The translations under genes were made by a program, and so were the position numbers. Shown here piece after piece: positions 8,508 through 18,077 of a DNA stretch of 32,863 nt; positions within the stretch are counted from its first letter, which is position 1, and every line of letters begins with the position of its first letter. The stretch is from IMG/VR virus record IMGVR_UViG_3300017707_000495, positions 1 through 32,863 of that record. One strand, written 5' to 3'. The notes under the pieces are model-generated. The model saw only the letters and a program-made list of their open reading frames with translations. It searched no databases and had not been told where the DNA came from. The DNA comes from a virus (lineage: Duplodnaviria; Caudoviricetes).

Positions 8508-11155
8508 TAACGATACCAGAATCACAAGCGATTAAGTTTCTTGCTCAAGGCGAAGCTAACTTTAACAATTCAGACATCTGTGGATGTAATACTGATGAAC
8601 AATGGAACTACAAAGTAACTGCTGGAGATGATATATGCTTTCAGTTAAGTGCTGCTTGTGAGGAATCAAGTGATTTGGTTTTAAATGGCTCTTTTGAAGA
8701 AGCTGGAGGTACTTCAAGCGATTTTGCTGATTGGACAAGAAATAATGATTCTGAATCTACTCAAGTTGTTAGATTTTTAGATAATAATGCCCCTTGTGGT
8801 AATTATTTAGCAAAATGGACTAATAGTGTAGATACTCCTACTCCATCTTCTATTACCCAATCTATTACATTAGAAGCAAATAAAACTTATAAGTTTTTAA
8901 TTAAATTAAAGATTGCTGAAGGTGTTTCATATACTAACTCAAATGCTAATGCAGTAATAGTTACAATTAACTCACAACAATATTTTATTACTCCTACAAC
9001 AACTTGGACTGAATATGAGATTGTTGCCACTATGGGTACTGGGATAGCAAGTAATACTTTAATTATAGAGCTTAATAGTGGATTAGCGTTAAACATTGCT
9101 AATTTATATGTTGATTGTGTATCAATGATTAAGTATGGCGATTGCTGTGTAGTAGGGACTGTAAACAATGGTTGTTTTGAATTAGGAGCTAATGCTAACG
9201 CAGAATATGAGTTACCAGCTACATTTGATAACTGGGGTACTTCTAATGTTAGTGAAAGTTTAACTGGGGGAATTAATGGAACAAGGTGTATAATCTTAAA
9301 TGGATTAAGTTCTATTATAGACCAAGTAAATGTATTTACTCCAAATACCAATTATACTATTAGTTTTTGGGCTAAAGCAAACATTGCTGGGACATCTTTA
9401 CAAGTTTATGCTTATTCATCTGCAACATTAATATTATCTCAAACATTAACTACGGAATGGGTATTATATACAGTTAATTTCCAAAATGTTTCTGATAATA
9501 CAATTCAATTTACTCAAGATGAAACAGAGAATATAATATTTTTAGATTGCATTCAAATAAACTCTTTACCAGAAATAAATGTAGTAATTTATGATACTGT
9601 TAATGATATTGAAATACCAGTAAGTAATAATGCTATCCAAGCATATGATAGTGCTATTAATGTTTGCTTCAATGTAGATGACTATGCAATGCCAGATTGT
9701 TTTATAATTTGCGTTAATTCTTGCATTACAAACTTGATTCTTAATGGAAACTTTAAATCTGGTTCTGGTAATACATTTACAAATTGGACACTTATACAAC
9801 AAGCAGATAGAATAAATTATATTTTGTATTCTCAACAATTTCAAGCTGCTCCTTGGACAAATACTAATCTAAATATTAATCTTAATAATTTAGCCCCAGA
9901 TGGGACAATGACAGCAGAAAGGCTAACCCCAAATAATATTGATGCAGTACATTATTTAAACCAAATTACAACTGGTGTAACTGGAAGCACACATACTTTT
10001 AGTGTTTATGTTAAACCTAATGGTTATAGCACATTTTTAATTTATGATTCAGAATCAGATACTGGGACTTTCTTTGATTTAGAAACTGGTACAGTTGGGA
10101 GTGATTATGGTGGAAATAAGTTTGATATTAAATATATAGTTCCATTTGATAATGGATATTATAGATGTTGTGTAAGTTGGAATTATCCAACAGATATTAA
10201 TATAAACTTGTATGTATGTGAATCTGAATCTAATATTGCTTTTATTGGAAATGGTGGTAGTATAAATATATTCCAAGCTCAATATGAAGAAGGTAATTCT
10301 GCTACTCCAAATATTTTAACTACAACTTCTTCAGTAACAACATCAGTTGGAGAAATTATTCAAACAACTACTGGTGGTATTGATGGTGGTAGAGCAGCTC
10401 AAATTTGGGGAGCTTATAATTCAGCTAAGTTAAGACAAAGTATAACATTAACCAATGGAGTTGAGTATAATGTAAAAGCTTGGGTTAGATATGAAGATTT
10501 AGATTTAAATCCTAATATTCAGTTTTTACTTGCTGATACTAATATTGGATTTTATCCATTAACAAGTTCGTATGAGTTAATTGAGTTTAACTTTACTAAT
10601 ATTGGAACTGGAAGCAAAAGATTTGAAGTTACTTTATATACAGAAAATAGAAGTGGGTTTGCTACAATAGATAATATTATAGTAACTCCTACTGCTAATT
10701 TAAGCACATATTGCTCTGAAAGCTTTGGTTATTACGAAGAACTTGATTCTTGTTCAAAAGAGTTAGTTTGGTATGATAATGAAGATTTTGCTCAAGGCAT
10801 TAACTATGCTTCTGGATTTAAGAATAGAATGAGGATTAGTGCAGCAAGACAAAATCCGACTTATTTAAAATCTGATTTTAGTAAAACTCTTAATGGAGAT
10901 ATAAGCTCTATAAATTCTATTAAAATAAGGAAAACTTGGGAGTTTACTCTTGAAGCAATTCCAGAGTTTATTTGGGATAGAATGGCTTGTATGGCTGGTG
11001 TAAGTAATATTGAATATGATGGAGTTGCTATGTGTTCTGCTGATGAAACAGAATTAACAATTATTTGGGATAGAAACTCAAGACTTGCTTCTGGAAACAT
11101 AACTTTACTACCAGCATCAGAATATGTTGTAAATAGGTCTTATAATTGTCCTTAA
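8504..11155 (+). CDS. tail protein with three CBM_4_9-like carbohydrate-binding domains
   Basis: Three N-G-x-F-(E/K)...W starts (LVLNGSFEE, VNNGCFE, LILNGNFKSG); domains end in YVDCVS, FLDCIQ and TIDNII; ATGA coupling to the previous gene. Confidence 0.7.
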   Translation: MITIPESQAIKFLAQGEANFNNSDICGCNTDEQWNYKVTAGDDICFQLSAACEESSDLVLNGSFEEAGGTSSDFADWTRNNDSESTQVVRFLDNNAPCGNYLAKWTNSVDTPTPSSITQSITLEANKTYKFLIKLKIAEGVSYTNSNANAVIVTINSQQYFITPTTTWTEYEIVATMGTGIASNTLIIELNSGLALNIANLYVDCVSMIKYGDCCVVGTVNNGCFELGANANAEYELPATFDNWGTSNVSESLTGGINGTRCIILNGLSSIIDQVNVFTPNTNYTISFWAKANIAGTSLQVYAYSSATLILSQTLTTEWVLYTVNFQNVSDNTIQFTQDETENIIFLDCIQINSLPEINVVIYDTVNDIEIPVSNNAIQAYDSAINVCFNVDDYAMPDCFIICVNSCITNLILNGNFKSGSGNTFTNWTLIQQADRINYILYSQQFQAAPWTNTNLNINLNNLAPDGTMTAERLTPNNIDAVHYLNQITTGVTGSTHTFSVYVKPNGYSTFLIYDSESDTGTFFDLETGTVGSDYGGNKFDIKYIVPFDNGYYRCCVSWNYPTDININLYVCESESNIAFIGNGGSINIFQAQYEEGNSATPNILTTTSSVTTSVGEIIQTTTGGIDGGRAAQIWGAYNSAKLRQSITLTNGVEYNVKAWVRYEDLDLNPNIQFLLADTNIGFYPLTSSYELIEFNFTNIGTGSKRFEVTLYTENRSGFATIDNIIVTPTANLSTYCSESFGYYEELDSCSKELVWYDNEDFAQGINYASGFKNRMRISAARQNPTYLKSDFSKTLNGDISSINSIKIRKTWEFTLEAIPEFIWDRMACMAGVSNIEYDGVAMCSADETELTIIWDRNSRLASGNITLLPASEYVVNRSYNCP

Positions 11156-11161
11156 AATTAG

Positions 11162-11169
11162 TATATTTG
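11162..11169 (+). promoter_or_regulatory. Bacteroidota-type -7 promoter element
   Basis: TATATTTG in the intergenic gap before the tail tube gene. Confidence 0.65.
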
Positions 11170-11184
11170 CATTGCGATGTTTAT

Positions 11185-11221
11185 GTGCCATAAATACTCT
11201 AAGGCATTAAAGAATAGGGTA
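11185..11221 (+). ncRNA. putative leader pseudoknot, copy 2
   Basis: P1 TGCC(11186-89)/GGCA(11203-06); P2 TACTCTA(11195-201)/TAGGGTA(11215-21), one G-U; ends 23 nt before ATG 11245. Confidence 0.6.
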
Positions 11222-11244
11222 ATAAAACTTTTAGAAGTTAAATT

Positions 11245-11799
11245 ATGTATAATTGCTCAAATTACGGATGCGACCCTTTAGATACTTATGTTCTTAACGA
11301 ATGTAACGAGATTCTTTTAGGTGGTTTTGACCAAGCAATCCTTTTAGAGTGTAATCATCAAATTACTGACCCAAGCAATGCAACTCAAGTAAATGCTGCA
11401 TTAGCAAACGGAACAGCTACTTTGGTTTCAGAAGCATCATTTTCAATCGAAGCACCATCTGCTGTAACAGTTGATACCTTAGTGGCTTGTCAGCCGCCAA
11501 GAACAGTAAACTACACCAGAACTGGTATGTATAAAAACCAAAATGTAAACCCTAACAATGTTGAGTTTCACGCTCCTATTTTTAGAGGTAAAGTATTTGG
11601 TGGATTGATTATTCGTATGTGTTCAGAAACTGATTCTGGTGCTGGTTATGTTTACTGGGTAGATAGCTCAATTACCTTTACTGGTGGAGTTATAGGCCCA
11701 GCTAACAATACTGACTTACAGAGATTTGAAGGAACATTCACTTGGACAGCTAAAACTGACCCAGCTATGTACAATGAACCAGCTGGTGTTTTCGCTTAA
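11245..11799 (+). CDS. putative major tail (tube) protein
   Basis: 184 aa, acidic and beta-rich; has its own promoter and terminator, as expected for an abundant virion protein; C-terminal RFEGTFTW strand. Confidence 0.6.
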   Translation: MYNCSNYGCDPLDTYVLNECNEILLGGFDQAILLECNHQITDPSNATQVNAALANGTATLVSEASFSIEAPSAVTVDTLVACQPPRTVNYTRTGMYKNQNVNPNNVEFHAPIFRGKVFGGLIIRMCSETDSGAGYVYWVDSSITFTGGVIGPANNTDLQRFEGTFTWTAKTDPAMYNEPAGVFA

Positions 11800-11804
11800 C
11801 ACTT

Positions 11805-11832
11805 AAAGAGGGGTCTAAAAAGCCCCTTTTTT
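11805..11832 (+). terminator. intrinsic terminator
   Basis: AAAGAGGGGT-CTAAAAA-GCCCCTTTTTT. Confidence 0.8.
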
Positions 11833-11842
11833 ATTCTACTTT

Positions 11843-12718
11843 ATGACTAAAGGAATTTTATTATCTGCTTTCGGCAGAAAAGGATATGCTTACGCAGCAT
11901 TCAATATGTGTGTATCTATTAAGAACTTTAATAAAGATATTAAGGTAGCATTCGCATTTGATAGAGAAATATTTAAGTATCTATCTCCAGAGAAAATAGC
12001 TCTATTTGATGACCTAATAGAGATACCAAAAGAACAATTCTATACAAATAGAATAGACCCAGCACTCTATAAGACTGCTATTTATAACTATTTACCATAC
12101 GATGAGAATCTTATCTTGGATGTTGATGGATGTGCGTTACAAGACCTACAACCATTAATTGACAAGTTAAGTCAAATTGATAAACCAATCCAAACTGAAG
12201 TTATGGGTATTGGTGGCAAGTTTGATGAGATTAGATATTCTATTTGGGCTTCTAATGCTGTTATATGGGAAAGATTCAACCTTAATGATGATGCTATATT
12301 ACCAGCAATCCAATCTTCGTTTATGTACATCAAGAAGAATGAATGTAAAGAATACTTTGAAAAGCTTGAAGCTAACTACAAAGAAGGTATTGCCTTAGAT
12401 AAGATTGTAACTTGGGGAGGAACTATTCCAGATGAGTTATTTTATAGTGCTACATTTGCACAAATGGGAATAGACCCAACAATAGACATTAGGCCTATAT
12501 TCTTTGGTAATTATTATGCTCCAGAAAGTTATACTGAATTAGGAGAAAAATTTTATGTACTTTCGCTTTACGGAAACGGAATAGGAAGGAAAGAAACTAA
12601 ACAAAGATACATAGACTACTACGATAGGATTATGAGAGTATATTGCTCTAACCAAGGCATATCTCACGATTATAAAGTAGGTTATATAATGACAGATAAA
12701 CACTTGAATTTCAGATGA
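11843..12718 (+). CDS. GT-A fold glycosyltransferase (GT8-like)
   Basis: Y-x-x-x-A-x-x-x-x-x-S-I-K N-terminus, K..Y...PYDENLILDVD (DxD), SSFMYI, PDELFY. Confidence 0.7.
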   Translation: MTKGILLSAFGRKGYAYAAFNMCVSIKNFNKDIKVAFAFDREIFKYLSPEKIALFDDLIEIPKEQFYTNRIDPALYKTAIYNYLPYDENLILDVDGCALQDLQPLIDKLSQIDKPIQTEVMGIGGKFDEIRYSIWASNAVIWERFNLNDDAILPAIQSSFMYIKKNECKEYFEKLEANYKEGIALDKIVTWGGTIPDELFYSATFAQMGIDPTIDIRPIFFGNYYAPESYTELGEKFYVLSLYGNGIGRKETKQRYIDYYDRIMRVYCSNQGISHDYKVGYIMTDKHLNFR

Positions 12719-13404
12719 TTGCATTAACATCAATTTCTCCAAAACACATTAACGGAGATGTACAAGCACTTGCTATAAACTCTTGGACTAATTTAGGTTT
12801 AAGGGTTTATTCTTTTAATAACGCTAATGAGATTTCTATATTAAAGGACAACTACAAAAATGTAACTTTTATAGAAAGCATAAGTGGAGAAGCTAAATTC
12901 GGTAGGCCTTTAGTTTATTTAGATACTTTATTGGACTTTGCAAGAAACCAAGAAGATACTAATATATGCCTAATCAATTCTGATATTATCCTAAACGATA
13001 GTTGGACATTGTTACCAGAGGTTATTGAAAAGTTACCCGAAAGAGCAACTATTGTCAAAAGGAGAGATTTTATCAATGACATAAATGATAACAAAGTATT
13101 TGAAAGTGGTATAGATGTATTCTTTATTCATAAAAATTACATAGATTTGATACCAAAGTCAGAGTTTGCTATTGGAGCTTGTTGGTGGGATTATCATGTT
13201 CCTTATTCGCTTATAAAGGCTAATATACCAGTCAAGTTCCTTAGAGAGCCATTTGCTTTTCATAGGCTTCACAATACTCAATACTCTGCAAAAGAATGGG
13301 AAGTTTTAGGCCACGAGTTTAAACATTTACATTCTGTAAAAGCAAGAAGCATAATGCAATTAAACAATATAATTTACGCTTACATAATGGATAATGTTAA
13401 ATGA
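12715..13404 (+). CDS. putative GT-A fold glycosyltransferase-like protein
   Basis: QALAINSW, ICLINSDIIL (xxD metal motif after a hydrophobic strand), GIDVFF, FAIGACWWDY, late HxxH. Confidence 0.55.
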   Translation: MIALTSISPKHINGDVQALAINSWTNLGLRVYSFNNANEISILKDNYKNVTFIESISGEAKFGRPLVYLDTLLDFARNQEDTNICLINSDIILNDSWTLLPEVIEKLPERATIVKRRDFINDINDNKVFESGIDVFFIHKNYIDLIPKSEFAIGACWWDYHVPYSLIKANIPVKFLREPFAFHRLHNTQYSAKEWEVLGHEFKHLHSVKARSIMQLNNIIYAYIMDNVK

Positions 13405-13423
13405 TAATACTAAATAATGTTAA

Positions 13424-14107
13424 ATGGTAATATTTATAAAGACTTGGAAGAACGACCTCAAATGGCTTAAATATTGTCTTAAATCAATAGATAAGTATGG
13501 TAGTGGGTTTGAAGTGTTAATTGTTGCAGACTGGGATTGCAAATCTGAGATTGAATCTTGGGGACTAACCAAAGAGGTTGTACATTATTGTAGGCCTAAT
13601 TTTGATGGTTATTTATACCAACAATACATTAAGCTAAGAGCTTTTGATTATACTGATTCAGAGTTTATTTTATTTATGGATTCAGATTGTATTTTTACAG
13701 AGCCTACAAAGCCAGAAGATTTCTTTACTGATGGTAAACCAAATATGCTAATGACACCTTACGAGGATATTCCAGAAGTAATGTTTTGGAAAGAAGCTAC
13801 TGATAAAGCAACTGGCTTAGATGTCAAATATGAGTTTATGCGTAGAAATGGATTAGTGTACCATAGAAGCACTTTAATTGGATTATGGTTAAGTTATTCA
13901 GATAGATTCTTAAACCAGCTTAAAACGGCTAAAAATAGGCAATTTAGCGAATTTAATATGATTGGTGCTTATGCTTTTGAATATGAGCAAGAAAAGTATA
14001 ATTTTGTAAATACAAGAGATTCAATTCCACATCATCCAGTAAAACAATTCTGGAGCTGGAGTAATTTAACAATACAAGATAAAGAAGAACTAAATAAATA
14101 TTTATGA
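13424..14107 (+). CDS. glycosyltransferase-like protein (DUF6492-like, GT-A)
   Basis: LKYCLKSIDKY, GYLYQQYIKL, ILFMDSDCIF (DxD), FSEFNMIG. Confidence 0.7.
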   Translation: MVIFIKTWKNDLKWLKYCLKSIDKYGSGFEVLIVADWDCKSEIESWGLTKEVVHYCRPNFDGYLYQQYIKLRAFDYTDSEFILFMDSDCIFTEPTKPEDFFTDGKPNMLMTPYEDIPEVMFWKEATDKATGLDVKYEFMRRNGLVYHRSTLIGLWLSYSDRFLNQLKTAKNRQFSEFNMIGAYAFEYEQEKYNFVNTRDSIPHHPVKQFWSWSNLTIQDKEELNKYL

Positions 14108-14769
14108 AAATCCTAAGAAACGATTTAGCAGTTTTAGAAAACGATACTCACATTAGTAAGTGGGTTGAACAACACAATTCATTAATCCATAACAAATCAT
14201 TAGCACAAGAGCTTAAATACTACATTCGTAAAGATATGAGCATAGTAGAAGTAGGTGCTTTTATAGGGGATAATACAGCTTTTTTAAAAGACTTAGGCAA
14301 ATGGGTTATTTCTTTTGAGCCTAATCCAGAAGCGTTTGAATGCCTTGAGCATAATTCTCAATATTGGGATAATGTTACTTTAGCTAATTGTGCTATTGGC
14401 TCTATCAAGGGTAAAGTAGATATTAACAGAAATGAGAATGTAGGTGCAAGTATGTGCGTAGAAGGCTCTGAAATAGAGGTTATAACACTTGATTCACTCA
14501 AGTTAGATTCTATGGACTTTATGATATTAGATTGCGAAGGCTGGGAATTAGATGTGTTAGAAGGGGCTGTTGAAACCATAAAGAAATTTCAACCCCTAAT
14601 GGTAATTGAAATAAACCGAGGAACTTTAGAGAAATTTGGGAAAAAACCACAAGATATATTCGATTTTCTTGATAAATTAGGTTATTTTTGTAGGAACTTA
14701 TATGCAAATCTCCCAATGGAAGGAGAACAGTATGATATTTTATGTTTTAAATCTAATTACAATGGCTAA
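14104..14769 (+). CDS. FkbM-family SAM-dependent methyltransferase
   Basis: VEVGAFIGD (motif I), ISFEPNP, ITLDSL, MILDCEGWELDVLEGA, PLMVIE. Confidence 0.9.
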   Translation: MKILRNDLAVLENDTHISKWVEQHNSLIHNKSLAQELKYYIRKDMSIVEVGAFIGDNTAFLKDLGKWVISFEPNPEAFECLEHNSQYWDNVTLANCAIGSIKGKVDINRNENVGASMCVEGSEIEVITLDSLKLDSMDFMILDCEGWELDVLEGAVETIKKFQPLMVIEINRGTLEKFGKKPQDIFDFLDKLGYFCRNLYANLPMEGEQYDILCFKSNYNG

Positions 14770-14899
14770 GAAAATTAAAAGACCTACTACTAAAACTTGC
14801 TCAACAAGACCAAGTATTAAGAATTGCCGTAAAGGTAAAGGATGTATGAGTACATCTCACGAGGAAATGGTTTACAAAGGAAGTAAAATAGCAGCATAA
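14762..14899 (+). CDS. small basic Cys-containing protein (45 aa)
   Basis: MAKKIKRPTTKTCSTRPSIKNCRKGKGCM...; ATG overlaps the FkbM end, stop lies 3 nt before the portal ATG. Confidence 0.55.
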   Translation: MAKKIKRPTTKTCSTRPSIKNCRKGKGCMSTSHEEMVYKGSKIAA

Positions 14900-14902
14900 G
14901 CG

Positions 14903-16807
14903 ATGTACAGTATAGAAGAAATTGCAGCTAAGATTAAGCGTGTTTCTGCTCTTGCTATTGAAGCCGAGAGAGAACGCAAACAAAGAGCTTACAATAGTGA
15001 TGTAGCTATGTTATTCGGAAGCGAATACATAGATGTACTACCAGACTATTATGAAGGCTATGATGAATCAGTTGAAGATTATGAAGCTATTAGAGTTCAT
15101 AGTGAAAAGAACTGTTTCCCAGCAAGATTGTTTGCAAAAAGAGCACCTAATCAAACGGAACAAGCAGCTCGTTGGATGCAAGATAACTATAAAAATGTTA
15201 CGCAACCAGTATTCGTTGATTTCTTAAATACTGTACTTCGTGCAACACATGACCAAAACTGGAGTATTCACTTTGGTTTAGATGCAGCACAATACGAAAA
15301 AGCCGATTTAACATTCCAAAAATATTTAGAAACTGGTATTAGGGATTATGGTTCATTAGAATCATTCTTTAAACAAGTGATGTTTGCATTGCAATTAAAA
15401 GATGCAATGGGAGTTATTACTATTAGACCAGATTCTCTTGAAATGCTTGAAGATGAAGAAGGTGGATTTGTTTTAGATTCAAACAAACTTATTGAGCCAC
15501 AACCACATTATTTTACATCAAGACAAGTAGTTGGATTTGAAACAAGTTTTTGTATTGTAGAATCTGAAGAAAAGTCTATTGTAGAATATTACGGAAGCAA
15601 AAGAGAAAAAGGTAGAATCTATGAATTTTATGATGACCAAAATATTTGGTTTTGTAAACAAGTAGGTAAATATGTAGATAATCAATTTGAGATTACTTTA
15701 TTTTACAATCACGGTTGGGGTAAAGTCCCAGCTACTCGTTTAAGAGGTATTCCAGTAGTTTATGAAGGTAAAGTATTATGGCAATCTCCTTTCTTATTTG
15801 CTACTGACTTATTAGATTTAGTTGCACAAAATAGTGCTTACAAACAAGCAAGTATTGCTAAATGTGTATTCCCAGCTACAATTATGTTGGGAGATATTTG
15901 TGAGTTTGAAGAAAATGGAAATAGATGTAGTGATGGTATTATAGGATTTAATGATGAAGATGGTAACTATCATTCTCACACTTGTTCTAATTGCCACGGA
16001 GTTGGTTTAGTTTCTCGTTTAGGCCCATTGGAAACAATGTTAATTAAGCCAGAAGTTAGAGGACAAAACGAAAGTGAATTGCGTTCTTCTCAAGAACCAT
16101 TAAAATATGTTTCTCCAGAAGTTCATACTTTACAATTCTTAGAGGAATCTATTGATAAGACCGAAATGAAAGCTCGTAAGATTCTTCACTTGCAGACATC
16201 TAACTCTGATATTAAGGGTTATGAGAATATGACTGCTACTGGAACTGTATTAGACAATAAAGCTGCATTTGCATTTATTATGCCTATTGCACATACTGCA
16301 TTTGAAACATTTGAGTTTATCATTAATGCTATTGGTTGGATGCGTTACAAGGATGATTATGTAAAGCCTTCTATTGCATATCCACAAAGCTTTGATATTG
16401 GAACTGAAAGAGATATTTTAATGACTATTTCTGAAATGGTTAAAAACCAAGTTCCAGCAGTATTGATTCACGCAGAGATATTTAGATACTTAAAATCAGT
16501 ATTCTATACAGATGCTAAAACAACAGCTGTTTATGAATTGATGATTAATACAGATAGGTTATTAGTTTTAAGTGGCGATGAGGTTATGTTAAGACAAGCT
16601 AAAGGTCTTGCAGAAAGATGGGAAGTTATCTTACACGATTCATTTATGTCATTCGTAGACCAAATGATTGCTTTAGAACCAGATTTCTTAACTCAAGAAT
16701 TTGAAGTTCAAAAGACTAAGATAGTTGATATGGCTAAATTGAAAGCTAATCAAATAACTGAAAGTAATAATGTTTCTGTACAAGGTATTGATTCAATGAT
16801 TCAATAA
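14903..16807 (+). CDS. portal protein (with Zn-finger-like insertion)
   Basis: 634 aa; HGWGKVPA and TATG..LD motifs like SPP1-type portals; precedes the minor head, scaffold and capsid genes. Confidence 0.75.
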   Translation: MYSIEEIAAKIKRVSALAIEAERERKQRAYNSDVAMLFGSEYIDVLPDYYEGYDESVEDYEAIRVHSEKNCFPARLFAKRAPNQTEQAARWMQDNYKNVTQPVFVDFLNTVLRATHDQNWSIHFGLDAAQYEKADLTFQKYLETGIRDYGSLESFFKQVMFALQLKDAMGVITIRPDSLEMLEDEEGGFVLDSNKLIEPQPHYFTSRQVVGFETSFCIVESEEKSIVEYYGSKREKGRIYEFYDDQNIWFCKQVGKYVDNQFEITLFYNHGWGKVPATRLRGIPVVYEGKVLWQSPFLFATDLLDLVAQNSAYKQASIAKCVFPATIMLGDICEFEENGNRCSDGIIGFNDEDGNYHSHTCSNCHGVGLVSRLGPLETMLIKPEVRGQNESELRSSQEPLKYVSPEVHTLQFLEESIDKTEMKARKILHLQTSNSDIKGYENMTATGTVLDNKAAFAFIMPIAHTAFETFEFIINAIGWMRYKDDYVKPSIAYPQSFDIGTERDILMTISEMVKNQVPAVLIHAEIFRYLKSVFYTDAKTTAVYELMINTDRLLVLSGDEVMLRQAKGLAERWEVILHDSFMSFVDQMIALEPDFLTQEFEVQKTKIVDMAKLKANQITESNNVSVQGIDSMIQ

Positions 16808-17730
16808 TGACTTTAGAAGAAATCATAAAGCTTAAATTATCAAGGTTAGATGATATTCCTACTGCATACACAAATGGTATAAAAGATACGCAGAAGGAGA
16901 TTATGTTGGAGATGTTGGATTCTTTAGAACAACTAAAGAGAGATGAGAACGGTAACATAAAAAGAACTCAAGCTAACCTATCAATCATTGAGGATATTAA
17001 TGATGATTTAAAAAAGATATTTAAAGCTTCAGAGTACCTTTCGCTTACTTCAGTATTCTTAAAAGAGTTTGATGAACAAGCAAAGATAACTGATAATTTC
17101 TTTAAGAAAGCTTTTGGAGAGTTTGAGGTATCTTCGTTTAATCTAAAAGCATTAGAGGTAAGTAGGAAACAAGCATTTGAATTAATGGCTGGTCAATCTT
17201 ATTTGACTTCTAATTTATATAATCCAGTAAAGAATATCTTAACAGATGCAGTTGTAGCTGGGGATTCCTATTCAAAGACAGTTAAAGCTATCAGTCAAGC
17301 CATACAAGGGGGTACAATCAACGGAAACAAGTTAGAGGGTAGATTATATCGTTATGCTAAACAAATGGCTTTTGACACCTTTGCAGTAGCTGACAGAGGA
17401 TATACTAATAACATAGCTCAAGACTTAGATGTAGAATGGTATGCTTATAGAGGTGGCCTTGTTGAAGATTCAAGACAATTCTGCATTACTCGTAACGGAA
17501 AATACTACCATAAAAAAGAAGTAGAAGCTTGGGGAGATTTAAAGCAATGGGATGGTAAAATACCAGCAACTGATAGCAAAACAATATTTGTTTACGCTGG
17601 AGGTTATAGATGTAACCATTCTATACTTCCTAATGCCATATCTGCTACACCAGTAGATGTCATCAAGAGGAACATTGAAAATGGTAACTTTACCCCTACT
17701 AAAGCAGAGATAGAAATATTAGGATTATAA
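16807..17730 (+). CDS. minor head / head morphogenesis protein (SPP1 gp7 / Mu F-like)
   Basis: Follows the portal; Y-x-G...DSRQFC and GGYRCNH motifs. Confidence 0.75.
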   Translation: MTLEEIIKLKLSRLDDIPTAYTNGIKDTQKEIMLEMLDSLEQLKRDENGNIKRTQANLSIIEDINDDLKKIFKASEYLSLTSVFLKEFDEQAKITDNFFKKAFGEFEVSSFNLKALEVSRKQAFELMAGQSYLTSNLYNPVKNILTDAVVAGDSYSKTVKAISQAIQGGTINGNKLEGRLYRYAKQMAFDTFAVADRGYTNNIAQDLDVEWYAYRGGLVEDSRQFCITRNGKYYHKKEVEAWGDLKQWDGKIPATDSKTIFVYAGGYRCNHSILPNAISATPVDVIKRNIENGNFTPTKAEIEILGL

Positions 17731-17916
17731 AGATTTAAGTTCTTTAATTTCTCTGATTTCTTCTTTATGTACTCCATCAATCATCACGAAGATAACTGTA
17801 CTTTGCACAATAAAATTTACTTTGTTGATATTAACATCGTGCTTCTTAGCATAGAAGTCTTTTAACTTATGAAGTGTTTGATATAATACTTCAATTTCTC
17901 TTTTTCTTACAATCAT
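17725..17916 (-). CDS. hypothetical protein (63 aa)
   Basis: Minus-strand ORF coupled by a TAATG overlap to the upstream minus-strand ORF. Confidence 0.6.
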   Translation of the reverse strand: MIVRKREIEVLYQTLHKLKDFYAKKHDVNINKVNFIVQSTVIFVMIDGVHKEEIREIKELKSL

Positions 17917-18077
17917 TATTTTCCTAATAAAAGTTTATTAACTGCCGTTTCAATACTAATCTTAACTCCACTTTCAGTTAGAGCCTTAGCTTGTCTTGCG
18001 TGAATGATAGCCATCGCTTCTCCACAGAATTTAATTGTTGCTGTTATACAGTCTTTATTTTTGCGTTCCCTTGCCAT
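17916..18077 (-). CDS. putative ribbon-helix-helix DNA-binding protein (53 aa; not in the ORF track)
   Basis: Hand translation: MARERKNKDCITATIKFCGEAMAIIHARQAKALTESGVKISIETAVNKLLLGK; basic tail, alternating strand, helix, turn, S-x-x-x-x-V-x-x-L-L helix. Confidence 0.55.
   Translation of the reverse strand: MARERKNKDCITATIKFCGEAMAIIHARQAKALTESGVKISIETAVNKLLLGK

Noticed and set aside
11843-14769. Host O-antigen or serotype-conversion (gtrABC) cassette
   Set aside because: No flippase, bactoprenol transferase or polytopic membrane GT is present; all four proteins look soluble.
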